Shown piece after piece: positions 1-11,030 of a stretch of DNA of 64,000 nt. Source of the DNA: Iphione sp. A-MEVVRFRX5 (lineage: Eukaryota); the NCBI GenBank assembly GCA_976226885.1, contig OZ320315.1, positions 96,968,001 to 97,032,000 on the forward strand, given 5' to 3'. Under the pieces are notes generated by a model. The model was not told the origin of the DNA, made no database searches, and was given only the letters and a program-made list of their open reading frames with translations. The translations under genes and the position numbers were made by a program. How positions within the stretch are numbered: position 1 is the stretch's first letter; every line of letters begins with the position of its first letter.

Positions 1-1404
1 CAAATGCATAAATTGTTCTAATACTGTGGTAATGGCATTTAGGAATATTTTGGAGGAGCAATAATGTAGACCGCTTGGCTTTGACTTCAGTAGCTTTAGC
101 ACATACTGTTCACTTACCCTCCTAAGGTGTAGTTCAGTTTTGGCTTGTTTGACTCCTATCGTGGTCAGGGGGTTGTTGATTTCAAATGTGGAATTGCCAA
201 TAGTAGCAAAATGTCCGTTCAGCTTTGCGACAACTTCATGAGCATCTAATTGTCTACCATTCTCTCTCATGATAACGATATTATTACTTTTATTTTTACC
301 TAATATTCCAGATAGTAGGCCCCAGTATTTTTTTGGGTTTTGCCTATGATGTAATAGTTGATTACGGTAGTATATCAATTTCTCATTATGTAGTTTAACC
401 GATATCTTAGATTTTAATGCTACTGCTCTGTCGTACATGCATTTATTTTTTAGTCTGATTCCAAGTTTGAAAAGTTGATTTTTTTCTGAAATTAATTTTC
501 TTGTTTCATCTGATAACCATGTATTGGTTCCTGTGAATGAGTTGGTATGTTTCATTGGTGAGATTTTGTTAATACAGCACTCTAATATGTTTGATAAGTA
601 GGTCCAGAGGTAGTCGGGGTCTCTTTCGGTGTAGTATCGAGACCAGTCAGACTGAATTAGCATGTCATGTAGCATGTTGTCATTAATATCTTTCCATGGA
701 CGGTATATATGGTAAGTAAATTCTGATTTCTTTTTTATTACTCTAGTGATAACTTTGATTCCGTGATGGTCACTCAAAAATGTTTTTAGGACTGAGGATG
801 ACGATTGTAGGGTTTTACTGATGAAGACTAGGTCTAGACAACTGCTGGTTGACATGCTGACTCGGGTGGGTTTTGTGATTACTTGAGTTAAGTTGTTGTT
901 GAGACCAATGTGCTTTAGCTCGTTATATATAGCATTATTTTTCTTAAGAGCATCAATGTTGAAGTCCCCCAGTAATAGTACGTTGCTGTGGGTGGTATTA
1001 TTAATTTTGGATAATTGCGAGTCTAGGATGTCAAGGAACTCTCTTACTGATCCTCTTGGCGGGCGATATAATACTCCTACTATGTACTCATGTTTTGTTT
1101 CAGTGGTGATTTTGATCCAGAATATTTCTATATTTCGATTGCTATTGACTAGTTCAGTTTGCATGTCTGCACCTATATTATTACGTAAGAACATAAGGAT
1201 ACCACCTCCAGCACTGTACGTCCTGTCTAGTCTCGTGATGTTGTAGCCGTTTATGCTATTTAGCCATGATTCACTGATGGCTATAACGTCTGGGGTATGC
1301 TTATTCACTAAGATCTCCAACTCTGGCATCTTATTTTTTATACTTCTCATATTGAAATAGAGAACCGTCAGGTGGTCATACTGTTCAATTTTGGCGTTAC
1401 TCAT
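1..1404 (-). CDS. LINE ORF2 N-terminal part: APE endonuclease plus linker; open to the window edge, so absent from the ORF track
   Basis: Manual translation from ATG at 1404: MSNAKIEQYDHLTVLYFNMRSIKNK...DVIAISESWLN...GGGILMF...GVLYRPP...LLLGDFNID...TKPTRVS...CLDLVF...LSDHHGI...KKYWGLL. No stop found down to base 1; probable frameshift in the last ~70 nt. Confidence 0.9.
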   Translation of the reverse strand, partial: MSNAKIEQYDHLTVLYFNMRSIKNKMPELEILVNKHTPDVIAISESWLNSINGYNITRLDRTYSAGGGILMFLRNNIGADMQTELVNSNRNIEIFWIKITTETKHEYIVGVLYRPPRGSVREFLDILDSQLSKINNTTHSNVLLLGDFNIDALKKNNAIYNELKHIGLNNNLTQVITKPTRVSMSTSSCLDLVFISKTLQSSSSVLKTFLSDHHGIKVITRVIKKKSEFTYHIYRPWKDINDNMLHDMLIQSDWSRYYTERDPDYLWTYLSNILECCINKISPMKHTNSFTGTNTWLSDETRKLISEKNQLFKLGIRLKNKCMYDRAVALKSKISVKLHNEKLIYYRNQLLHHRQNPKKYWGLLSGILGKNKSNNIVIMRENGRQLDAHEVVAKLNGHFATIGNSTFEINNPLTTIGVKQAKTELHLRRVSEQYVLKLLKSKPSGLHYCSSKIFLNAITTVLEQFMHL

Positions 1405-1811
1405 ATGTTAGAGATGAAAAGTAATATGAAATGTTGTTTTGATATATGGCTTATGGTCGATAGTATTTGACGTAGTATATTTATGTTGGGCCGGGGGAGT
1501 TGAAAGTCTTGAATAGTTGTCCAGGTCTCATCAACGAGGCCAGTGGATGCTAACATATATGATTTTATTGTTATTATTAACAAGCATATGCGGTAGGTTG
1601 ATACATGTCATGCCATAATAAAAAGACATGAAGTATTAGATAATACAGGGTGACATTCATAAGGCAATATACATTTGAAAGCAAGTAAATGAAGGGTTTA
1701 TACATGGCGAAAAAAGACAGTAATTGTAAAATGGACTGAATTCAAACACAGTGATACAAATGACACATATGAACACTCATGAGGCGAGGCCGTCGGTTAC
1801 AGTTCATGTAA

Positions 1812-2494
1812 TTATTCATGGAGTTTGTGCAGGAATTTTACCAGTTTGGTGACCATTTCTTGGCGTCCTTGATAATTCAGGTGACAGCCATCTTCAAGCA
1901 ACTGGTGTCGGTTGGTGTCCCGGCCATTAGATCGTCCGTGTATCACGCTACCGATATGTCGAGTTATCAGTCCGTGTGACCTGTTGAAGGCGCGGATACC
2001 ATTGTTGATCCCATGCATGGCGCCATTGAGAGCCCGCTGGACTGCATTGACCGATTTGCCTGCAAAGAATTCTCCGCGCAGGTGACTGTTTGTTGTATTT
2101 TTGTACATCAGGGCAAAAGAATTCAGAGATCACGACAAATGTATATGGCATACGTCTAGTTATTCTGTTGTAACATGTCTCAACTAGAAGTGATATTCTA
2201 AGTTGAATATTCGAAATGTCATCATCTGGAAGGTATATCTGTCTGCAGATCCTACCATCCCCTATGTCACAGTTCCTATTCATTGCGGTGATTTGTCCCT
2301 ACCAACAGAATGATATAAAGTGGGGTACATAGAAAATCATAATCGATTACCTTGCGCGTTATGCCCTCGAATCCAATGCCAGGATATGCCTCAACTGTTA
2401 CTGAGATCCCTCGATTGAGAAGATCCTGCTGGAGTGTCCTTCCATGCAAGTCAGTGAATAGAAACACTGACGGAGGGCACCCTCCTATGTTCAT
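1812..2494 (-). pseudogene. SGNH/GDSL esterase-like LINE ORF, frameshifted
   Basis: Three overlapping ORFs give block I FTDLHG (Ser replaced by Leu), block II YPGIG, block III LVGTNH and block V EDGCHL. Confidence 0.8.
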
Positions 2495-2739
2495 TGTGTC
2501 TTGTGTGACTGTGTAGTTGTATGACTAGTGGTCTCTGATTCGAGGCCAATCCTAGTTCATTGATTTGTGTGTGGTGTTGTGTGGTCAGGTAACGTTGTGT
2601 TTTCGGTGTTAGCAGTCTGTGAGTTCGGTTGTGTCTGCAGTGTCTGCTTCGGAATGTGTCTTCTAGGTTTGGGTGTTGGGCGCTGTTGTGTGGCAGTGTT
2701 CACTGGTTCCCTGCGTAGTTACGGTTACGGTTACGGTTT

Positions 2740-3560
2740 TGCGTACTAGGACGCAGGGGCTTCGCCTATTCAGCAGCCCAATAACGTGTGACAGCATGTG
2801 CAGTGTACCGAAGTGCACTTGCACTCACCCCCTCTCGCCAGGGTTACAGTGGGTTGGGATACCCACCGGTGTGCTGTACACCTTCTTCGCTGACCGAAGC
2901 CAGCACGGGACCGAAGTCCCAGGGTAGGTAGTACTCACTCAGTCAGGACGTTGACGGGAGTTCACAGGCGCGATCTAACTTTCCATGCCCACCACAAACG
3001 GGACATCCTCAGGGCCCCCCCGGAACTATGTTTTATGTCGGGCCGGGGGAAAACGACGGCGGGCCAACTCGGAAGTGGCTCAGGCATCCGTGACGATGAT
3101 TGGCAGGTGTCAGTGAGTATAGAGTGGGTGGGTGCTCAACCAAGCGTGAAGTGCCGTACATACACGGTATCCCAACAGGTCAAATCCGTGCACTAACGCC
3201 CCCACCGACAAGGTTACAGTGGCTCAGTGACCACCAGCGCACAAACACTTCACGGTGCAGCCAGGCGTGATGGGTCGTACTATGACTGCCACGTCACTCA
3301 CCCCCTTCCAACAGGGCAACAGTGGTTTGGTAAGCCCACCGGTGGTCTGGCTACACAGTGACAAACGTATGTGTTCTTCAGTAGTAAGGGATGTCCCATT
3401 CCACAAACACTGAGAACTAGCACCACAAAGGGTTACAGGCTGGTCAAAACCAACAGCCCTGCTTGTACGTGTCACACTATGGAAGAGTCCTGCCCACTCT
3501 CTCTGCTGAACACCTACCTCTCAAAGCACGTCCGCACAGCTCCACTCCCGAGAGGGTCCT
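2740..3560 (-). ncRNA. Candidate structured RNA element (copy A) between the ORF1 and SGNH ORFs
   Basis: Homologous to 24220-24990 (76/79 identical at 3272-3350 vs 24662-24740). Contains a CCCCCGG/CCGGGGG stem with GTCG/CGAC pseudoknot and three C(UUCG)G hairpins at 2802-2920. Function is inferred. Confidence 0.5.
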
Positions 3561-5145
3561 GGCCACGTAGTTCCGATCTAACTCTGACCAGGATGTCCCC
3601 TGTCCAATTCGAACCCGTGTATGTGTCTTGACCAATCAGGTCTGAGCGCAGACTTGCCGACGCACCCCATTCGCTATCCTGAGACGCTTCTACTAATTTA
3701 TATTCACCCGTTGCAAGGAGTTTGTTGCGAATTGTTTCATTCTGTTTGAATTTCGCTAATGTAACTTCATGCATGATTGTTTTTTGTCGCTCAGCAGATA
3801 GCGCCTCATTACTTGTTAGCGTCTTGGTCTTACGTGTGATTAGAATTTGGTCACTGATCCCCATTATGTCATTTTGAAGGGTAGTGTTTCCCATTTCTTC
3901 GGCTATGATCGCTTTGTATGCTTGTTCGGTGGAGTTGTAGGTATTGTTGTTGAGGGCGAAGTTAACATTTGAATGTGCTTGATAGGGGGTGGTTTTTACC
4001 AAAGAAGGCCCATGAGGTGTTTGTTGTGCGCTCTGAGGCCTTTTCTAGGCTTAGACCAGGTGGTAGTCGATGAAGCGTTTTTCCTGTGTATGCATTGCCA
4101 TTTATAATCACTTTGTTACCCTCCAACTTTGTTTCATACTGAAGGCTTTTTGCTAGGTGGTGAATACTCCGCAGCTTAGCCCTATTCATTTTTTCTGCGG
4201 GGGTTAGTTCATCGTTTACCCATATGTTGCGTAGGGTTTTCAAGTTACCCCTGCCTAGCAAAATTTGCCTGCGACTCTCGAGTTTAGTGAAGCATATCCT
4301 GACATCTCTGACCTTTTTCTCTGCTTTCTGACCTATCCGGTAACAGCTGTCGATGTCATTAGAGCTGAAACCTGGGTATGCTTTTTGAAAAATTTCAGTT
4401 AACCTTGCTCTTAACCGTTGATAGTTTTCACCCCCTTCTTCAGGTAGCCCTGCCACAATTAAATTGTTTGATCGAGTGTCACGCTTTAATGTTTCCATTG
4501 CTCATTTAAGTTTGCAATTTTGTTTAGAATGCTTTGGGGAATAGCTGCTTCTGATTTCGTGGATTTCTCAAGCAATTCTACCCTTGCCTTGAGTGCGGCA
4601 TTTTCTGATTCTAGGTTTACAATTCTCTCTTTTTGGTTGAGGAGACTGGTTGTTACTTCACTGATTCTGGCATTACTGTCCTGTATCCCCTTACTGAACG
4701 TGTCATGGAATTTTTTGGTTTCTGAGATATGTTCACTTAGAATACCACTGAACTGCTGAAACATGTCGTGCATGTCTTTCTTTATGTCATTAAACATACC
4801 TTGCGCCATGACGGGGTTTGTTGCTTCACTATTGTTGGACTGTGGACTGCTGACTTAACAACTTAAGCGATTTAAGTACATCATCTCTGTCCAGTGTTAA
4901 GCATAGTGATGATTCTGAGTACGATAGTCTTCTCTGTTTTTCTTTGGTTCTACATTAGAGTCAAGCGGGCTTACCTCTTTTCTTTTGACCCCGGTATCTT
5001 TTGTGTTGGGTATAGGTGTTTCTTCCTTTGGTCCGGTGTTCTCGGATAATTGTATCGGTGTTGATACGGTTGGTGAGGTTAGGACTGCGTCAACGTATGT
5101 TGCAGCCATGTCCAGTAGTATGTTGCTTGAGGTGGCGGCGTCCAT
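3514..5145 (-). pseudogene. LINE ORF1: disordered N-terminus, coiled coil, L1-type RRM/CTD, NADAR (YbiA-like) domain
   Basis: ORFs 4897-5145, 4486-4809, 3962-4498 and 3514-4002 join through small indels. RRM-like RSNNLIVAGL...IDSCYRIG...IWVNDELT. NADAR AFFGKNHPLS...NSTEQAY...LAKFKQN...KLLATGEYKLVEASQDSEWG...TGSNWTGDILVRVRSEL. Removing one base at ~3965 fuses the last two ORFs. Confidence 0.9.
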
Positions 5146-5314
5146 TGTCTCCTTGTGTCCGAGAAAAAATCCAAGTGCATCCTCCTCTAATTCACTGAAT
5201 ATTGGTTAATTCTTACTTAAATGTAATCACTGGTGTGTAATATGCACTGTTGGCATTATTTTGTCAATGGTTGGTCCAGTATGTCTTAAGATTTAAGGAA
5301 AAAGGTTGACGCTT

Positions 5315-5361
5315 TCTCCCCCGGCCGCGAAAACACGTCTGTTCACCTTCGCGCCATGTTT
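5315..5361 (-). promoter_or_regulatory. Putative LINE internal promoter motif (YY1-like AACATGGCG plus GGTGAACAGACGTG)
   Basis: Minus strand AAACATGGCGCGAAGGTGAACAGACGTGTTTTCG...GGGGGAGA. Similar motif at 32111-32125, 49135-49180 and 61151-61190. Confidence 0.55.
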
Positions 5362-6104
5362 GGAGTTAGTAATTTTAGTATTTCTGATACATTTGACTAC
5401 ACCATTATTACTGAATATTGTAGTTCGTTCTCGGATACACTCTGGTAGGAAATAATCTTTTGAAGTCTCCAAGATAAGTAAAATAAAATACTCCTATTTA
5501 TAGCAGGTCATCGTTCTTCACATATATCAACCAAAGTGATCACTACTCACATATGTCTAGTTTTCACTGGTAAACATGACACTTGACATCCTAGGTGTCT
5601 TCAGTAGTATAGTTGTCCCCACTCAGATTGGCTAGACAGGTAGTAAACCAATGGTCATCCTATTCACAATGAAATATTCTATATTGTTCATCAAAATCGC
5701 GGAATGATAGTTATAGTAAACAAACTCACATAATAACAACTGACAAAGACATTCAGTTTGTATTACATGGCTGCTGTAAATGGGATCTCTTCCCTCATGA
5801 TTGTCAATTACCACTAAACAAGTTGTACCAGACATATTTGTCAATCAGTTACTATTTAAGCACGGTTATTTGTCAATTAGCCTCATACACAAGCGTTTGT
5901 TACCAGTAGATCTGCTCACTTATAAATACGAGACACTTTCAGTCTGCATTCACCAGATGTTTGTGCCTATACTCACGGATGAACGCAGGAAGAAACTGCC
6001 TTAACAGATAGGACCAGTCACCAATGGTGCACTCTGTAGGTGTCACCCCATTCCTTCCAGCTGCCGTTTTGAGTTAACCTATTGTATAAGAGGCATTCCA
6101 CGTG

Positions 6105-6985
6105 CTATGAATGGCTTTGTTGGTCGTTACTTTCCCATGTCATTCTTTCATTGTGACACCAGGTTATGGTATATTTAAATGCCCTTGTGATGTTTTTGAG
6201 TTCCTGAATACTGTCCCTTGTCCCCTTACAATGAAAGTTATCTGTCATCTGCATAAAGCATGATATCCATGTTACTGGGTATATTTTCGGGGATTCCATT
6301 TATACACATAGCGAATCCTCAAGGCCCAAAAGTTCTTCTTTCACCCAGAACATCAAATGCCTTGGTTAGATCAAAGGCTACTACTGATACTAGATATGCT
6401 TCATTCAGTGCAATTCTTCAGTATTCTTCAGCCTGCTCCTCCTAGTTCTCTTTTTCCTTCTTGAAAAAAATGTCTTAAGCGAAGGCAACATTGACTCCCT
6501 TTTCCATTTAATTCGAATGTCATTGACGTGGCACCATTTGTTTAGTTTTGCTAGCTCTGTAATCAGGGTTCCATCAACGTCTGAAATACCGTTACTAGAG
6601 CATAAAATCACGTTATCTGCATACGGTATGCATCTACCTTTCCAGAAACATTAATGAATAAGGAGAAGAACATTGGTCCCAGGATACTCCCTTGTGGAAC
6701 ACCTATGTCTAGTGCCATGACTGAGCATTGGTCCCAGGACACTACCTTGTGGAACACCTAGGTCTAGTGCCATGACTGAGGAATGATTAATAAAATACGT
6801 GTTGAATGGCTGAATTTCATTTTTCCAATTTACGAAGCAGTACTGAGTGCTGAATTGAATCAAACGCTTTTTGAGAATCTACAAATATACCACCAGTCAC
6901 TATCAATAATGACATTATGCAGTGTGTGAGGTTTTACCTCATTTATTGCATGCATGGTCGACTAGCCTTTACGAAAGACAAACTG
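6105..6985 (-). pseudogene. LINE RT fragments (two YADD-region pieces) with a 55-bp tandem duplication at 6671-6780
   Basis: QFVFRKG*ST, GIFVDSQKAFDSIQH, GVPQGSVLGP, YADN; second piece DIMLYADD at ~6290. Confidence 0.8.
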
Positions 6986-6989
6986 GATG

Positions 6990-7930
6990 TAGGTGCTCAA
7001 CTTATTGATGCCTATGTTTTGACAAGAGAATGTGACTTGACCATTCAGATTGGGAAGTGGTCACTTGTAAAAACGACCATTGCTGGGAATACACTTGAGG
7101 TAATTCTGAAATAGTTTCACCAAACATCTTGGATTTGTGGTCTGACTGTAATGCCTAACAACACTATGGGTAGCGTTAGAGCTCACGTGACCAGTAACTG
7201 TTTTGGCAAGCCTCCCATTGTACTCGTGGTATGTTCGACCATCTCTCTTGACCCACACTATACTGCTCTGCCATAAAGTTGGAGTGTTCATCTTTGGCTC
7301 TAAAGCCGACGATTTTGCAGTTATAATAATATACAGCATATGACGTAAGCTTGTGCTGTATGATCCCCAATAACATTGCTTCCATAATGTCTGTTCATCT
7401 TCCACGATGATGTCCCTATGCCCTTCGCCAATAACACTTTTCTGCGTGCTTTAAGAGCATCACGAAAAATTTTGAAATGGGGAGTGTCTTTCTTTAGAAG
7501 CCAGACATGGGATCTTTTGAGGTTGTCCTGCATGTCCCTCTGTATTCCTGCTGCCATGTTCATCAGAGTGCCTGAAAAGCAAAATATGCATTTTGAGAAT
7601 TATGACAATGAGGCAACCTTAAGAGACTAAAGTTTGTTTGAAATGCCACTTACCCGGGGGGATAATCAGAGTTGTCTTTCTTTCGGATCTCTGTAATAAA
7701 TCTTGCGAGCCAATAGTCCATCTTGGGAAGATTCTGTGTGGTCAGATCAGGAATTGGCCATTGTGGGTCCTGCTTGGACTGTGGTTTCCAGCTTCTCCAG
7801 GTATGCCATTCTTTGAACAGAGCGATTGTCCATTGTGAGGCAAACTGTGTGTTTCAAGGAATTCTCTGGTTAAATTGAGTCTGGAATGGATCAATATAAA
7901 ATTTTCGTCCATTCTGGTGGTTGGCATCCA
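6990..7930 (-). mobile_element. Crypton-type tyrosine recombinase (DUF3504-like) fragment with a spliceosomal intron
   Basis: Exon ...QWTIALFKEW...MDYWLARFITEIRKKDNSDYPPG|gtaagt (~7652); acceptor ttttcag|G-TLMNMAAGIQR...FRDALKARRKVLLAKGIG...YYYNCKIVGFRAKDEH...YNGRLAKT...NPRCLVKLF. Confidence 0.8.
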
Positions 7931-8449
7931 CCTGACTTGAAGGGTGGGTTTCTAAAATTGAAATTGCAATTAAGATTCAAATGTAAGGTATAATGCAGTA
8001 CAATATCACCGATTGTAGTACAATGCGGAATAATGGATGTAACGAATTCTCAAGTGAGCATATTCAATGTTGTGCATGTAAGTAAACAATACAGTGCCAG
8101 GTAAATCAACATGGATCATACAATGCAAAGAAAGTTAAGTTAGATATATATTGCTTCATACAGGAGACCCTATAGTACCAATGTTCGCTCCATTGAGGCG
8201 ACCTCTCTCTGTTGTGTCCACTAATGTGCATACAGTCACAATAATCCTGCCTATATGTCGTCCCTTGTCAAATAATGCCATCTTTTTAATTATCCACCAC
8301 TTGGTTATGAAACCTGCATCAAAGTAGGTGAGTTATTGTTTACATGAACATATTACAGTTTCAATGACAATAATTAGGGACGGGTGCATGTTAAATGGTA
8401 AGAATTGTTAGCTACCGGACAACCTACATTGAGAGTCACACTTTACCGA

Positions 8450-10540
8450 AGCCCTCGTCACAGTCACAGGCACAGCACACAATAACCGCTCACGTCATTT
8501 CTAGTCCACCCTAATGTACCAAGTACACCATCCAATCATTCCATATATCTCTGTAGGATGATTCATCTTCCCCTTTCATACAAAACAAGTACGCTCACAT
8601 ATCATTCAAGCCTGTCCTTACATTGTATTTATCACACATGCCAAGCAGCATCATGTAGGGTTCCCTACCCTTCATGACGCTGCTATGCCCGATGAGGCTC
8701 ACCCCACAATACCCCAAGAACCCTAGACAAGCTCCAAACAGTTTAGCAGAGAGGACCCCATGATCCTGTCCATGCTCAGCATATGCTGATCCTTAGCTTC
8801 ACAAGGTAGCGTTCCCCACTGTAGGATTCCTCTGTAATGCAGTGACCTGGTGAACTTCGACGATTTTGGTCAGGCTACTCTCCCACTACGCCTCCCCCAC
8901 AGCCCTGGTGACAGATTTTATCCTCTGGCAGTAGACCCAGATGCATCAGGCGATGTACTACTGCAATTACTCTCACTTCTGTTGGTTCTGGAACCCTTAA
9001 ACTCCCACGTTCCTTAGAAAATGTAGAAAATGTGTTGGGACTCTGCCTGCGGTTGGCCTTCACTGCTAGTCTTGCACAGCGGTTCAATCTGGAGCCTTAC
9101 ATCATCTGATGCACACGCCCTATATAGGGTAAAGACTTGAGTACATTAAGTGTGTCAGCACCAGACTGCAGCGGGAGCATGAACTAACTTCCGAGCTTTA
9201 GTGCTGCATTATCATGGAGACGTACAAGCCTTCATTTAGGAACTCCCAGCTGTTGCACAAAAGTTTTCCCACCGCTGTGTCTGTCCCGTGGCCTTTTCGA
9301 AACCCATGTTGACACTCAACTTCTTCCTGGTCTCTAGCTTGCTGGCTAGTCTCTGACAGAACCATGTCTCGCATAGCTTCCCTGGCAGGGGAAGTATGCT
9401 GACTGGCCTATAATTGGTGAGTTGTTCTTGTCACCCTTCTTGTGCACAGGGCACACCCTGGCCACTTTCTACTTCCTCGGATATCTGCCCATACCCAGAC
9501 ACTGTCCAACGATCCATGTTAGGAAAGCAGGATGATGCATCAAAACTGGTTTTAGTATCCTTCTTCTCAGCATACCATCCAACTCTGACGACTTAGTTGC
9601 CTCACCTCCTCCACACTTCGAACGCAGTTCAAATTTGTCAATTGCCCCCCCCCCAGCTCACCGCCTTGTCTAGTGAGTCTGTCATTGTATACCTCGCTCA
9701 AATGCACAAGATCATATAGACCACAATCTATTATTAGCAGACATCCATCTTTGTCAACCTTGCAATGGATAAAATACTCCGTTATGTCACTAATCTTTCC
9801 ATTATGGATTATATGAGTCTGCAAAGTGTAACAATTGTGAGTCAATTCAAAGTTTATATTAAGCCCTCGGCCATCTGCAAAAAACAATATCGTATTATTC
9901 AGGTACTGTATTTCCAGTCATAGCATTAATAGCAAAATTGATGTGATCCCGTTGGTATACCTCAACAAGCTACCCGCTCGATGCGCACACGTGGCAGATT
10001 CACTGTTCCTATGTCAGAGCCCTGAGGATGCTCAGCAATGTGTATCTCTCACAGATTAGAGGGTCACAACTGACAAATAGCCCTATACTTTGGTCATTGT
10101 GGGGAGTTCCGTTTTTCTTTTCCTCTTCCCTCATGAGGATAGTTCGAAGCAATATCAACATACGTCCAAGCATGTTCCTTCCGGGATAGTCTCCTTTGCT
10201 CAGAGTGTCCACTTTGTAATTCATCCCTGAGCCCCAGAACGTATCCCCAGTCACTGTCTTTTTCCTTTTTAGTGGAGTTGTATGTTTGGGATTTATGGGC
10301 CTGTTGGTGATGGTCGTGTCATCCACAACAAAGAGGAAGTTCTCCAGAGTATTGTCTGAGAGTGTATTGTCTATATCGGTGTTTTTATGCGTGCCTCTAA
10401 TCCCTCAAATACTAGGGATATTAGGTTGGATTTCCTGCGTATATCGAGTGATACCTCGTATTTGCACTAGCTGCAATGAAACAATTGTGAGACTGATCTA
10501 AACCTGTGGTCGAGATATTCCTTCTTTGTTGGTTCGTCGC
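8450..10540 (-). mobile_element. Highly degenerate LINE: ORF1 remnant with NADAR C-terminus (10130-10260) and RT
   Basis: EVSLDIRRKSNL (RRM start); TGDTFWGSGMNY...KGDYPGRNMLGRMLILLRTIL (NADAR C-terminus); RT KVARVCPVHKKGDK...NYRPVSILPLPGKL...HGFRKGHGTDTA at 9280-9480. Confidence 0.75.
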
Positions 10541-10733
10541 TCATTCTTACTGTTTCGGGCTTTTATGTTTATATATATCATATTTTTATATGTTTATATG
10601 TATATCATGTTTATATGTCATAGAATACTGGAAAGGTTCTCACCGCGGGGGGGGTGTTTAGTTTGGTTTTCAGCATTATCGGAGTCAATCTAAGTTATCA
10701 CCTGAGTAATAACACTCCCTGTACACTATGCCT

Positions 10734-11030
10734 TTACTTTGGTTCAACAAAACTGCACATTGTGTTACACTGGAGAAATCCTCTAGCACATTCATCTTGA
10801 ACTGAGACTAACATACTTACTGGAATGGTGTGCTGTAATATGGAAAATTCTTTGAGAAGGCCAATGACTCTCTCAACATGTATATGTATAGAGGATATCT
10901 TTCTAGATAATTCCACTTCCTTTGCTGAAAACCCTTTCCTGTTCTTACAATAAATCAGCTAAAATTTGGTCACCATCGGAACACACTGTGCCGGTGGTAT
11001 TGCCATGGCTTTGTCTCCGTTTTATATGGA
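10734..11030 (-). pseudogene. ISL2EU/Harbinger-like DDE_Tnp_4 transposase C-terminal fragment
   Basis: FSAKEVELSRKISSIHIHVERVIGLLKEFSILQHTIP resembles the DDE_Tnp_4 C-terminal motif (S..EV..TR.IA..RIHVER.IG.LK.F.IL). Confidence 0.75.

Larger units (their letters stand above)
1..5361 (-). mobile_element. CR1/L2-group LINE (element A), NADAR-ORF1 type; 5' end inside the window, RT runs off the window start
   Basis: Minus-strand order: 5' motif (5315-5361), ORF1 pieces (5145-3514), GC-rich spacer, SGNH ORF (2494-1812), APE ORF from 1404. Confidence 0.9.

Noticed and set aside
2975-3015. Hammerhead ribozyme suggested by CUGAGGA...GAAA (CUGAAGA in copy B)
   Set aside because: Stem II is out of register with the core, no stem I/III with an NUH site could be built, and copy B lacks GAAA.
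3514-4030. Bacterial DarT-NADAR toxin-antitoxin system or bacterial contamination
   Set aside because: No ADP-ribosyltransferase motif or operon context; the NADARs are fused to LINE ORF1, and neighbours contain spliceosomal introns.
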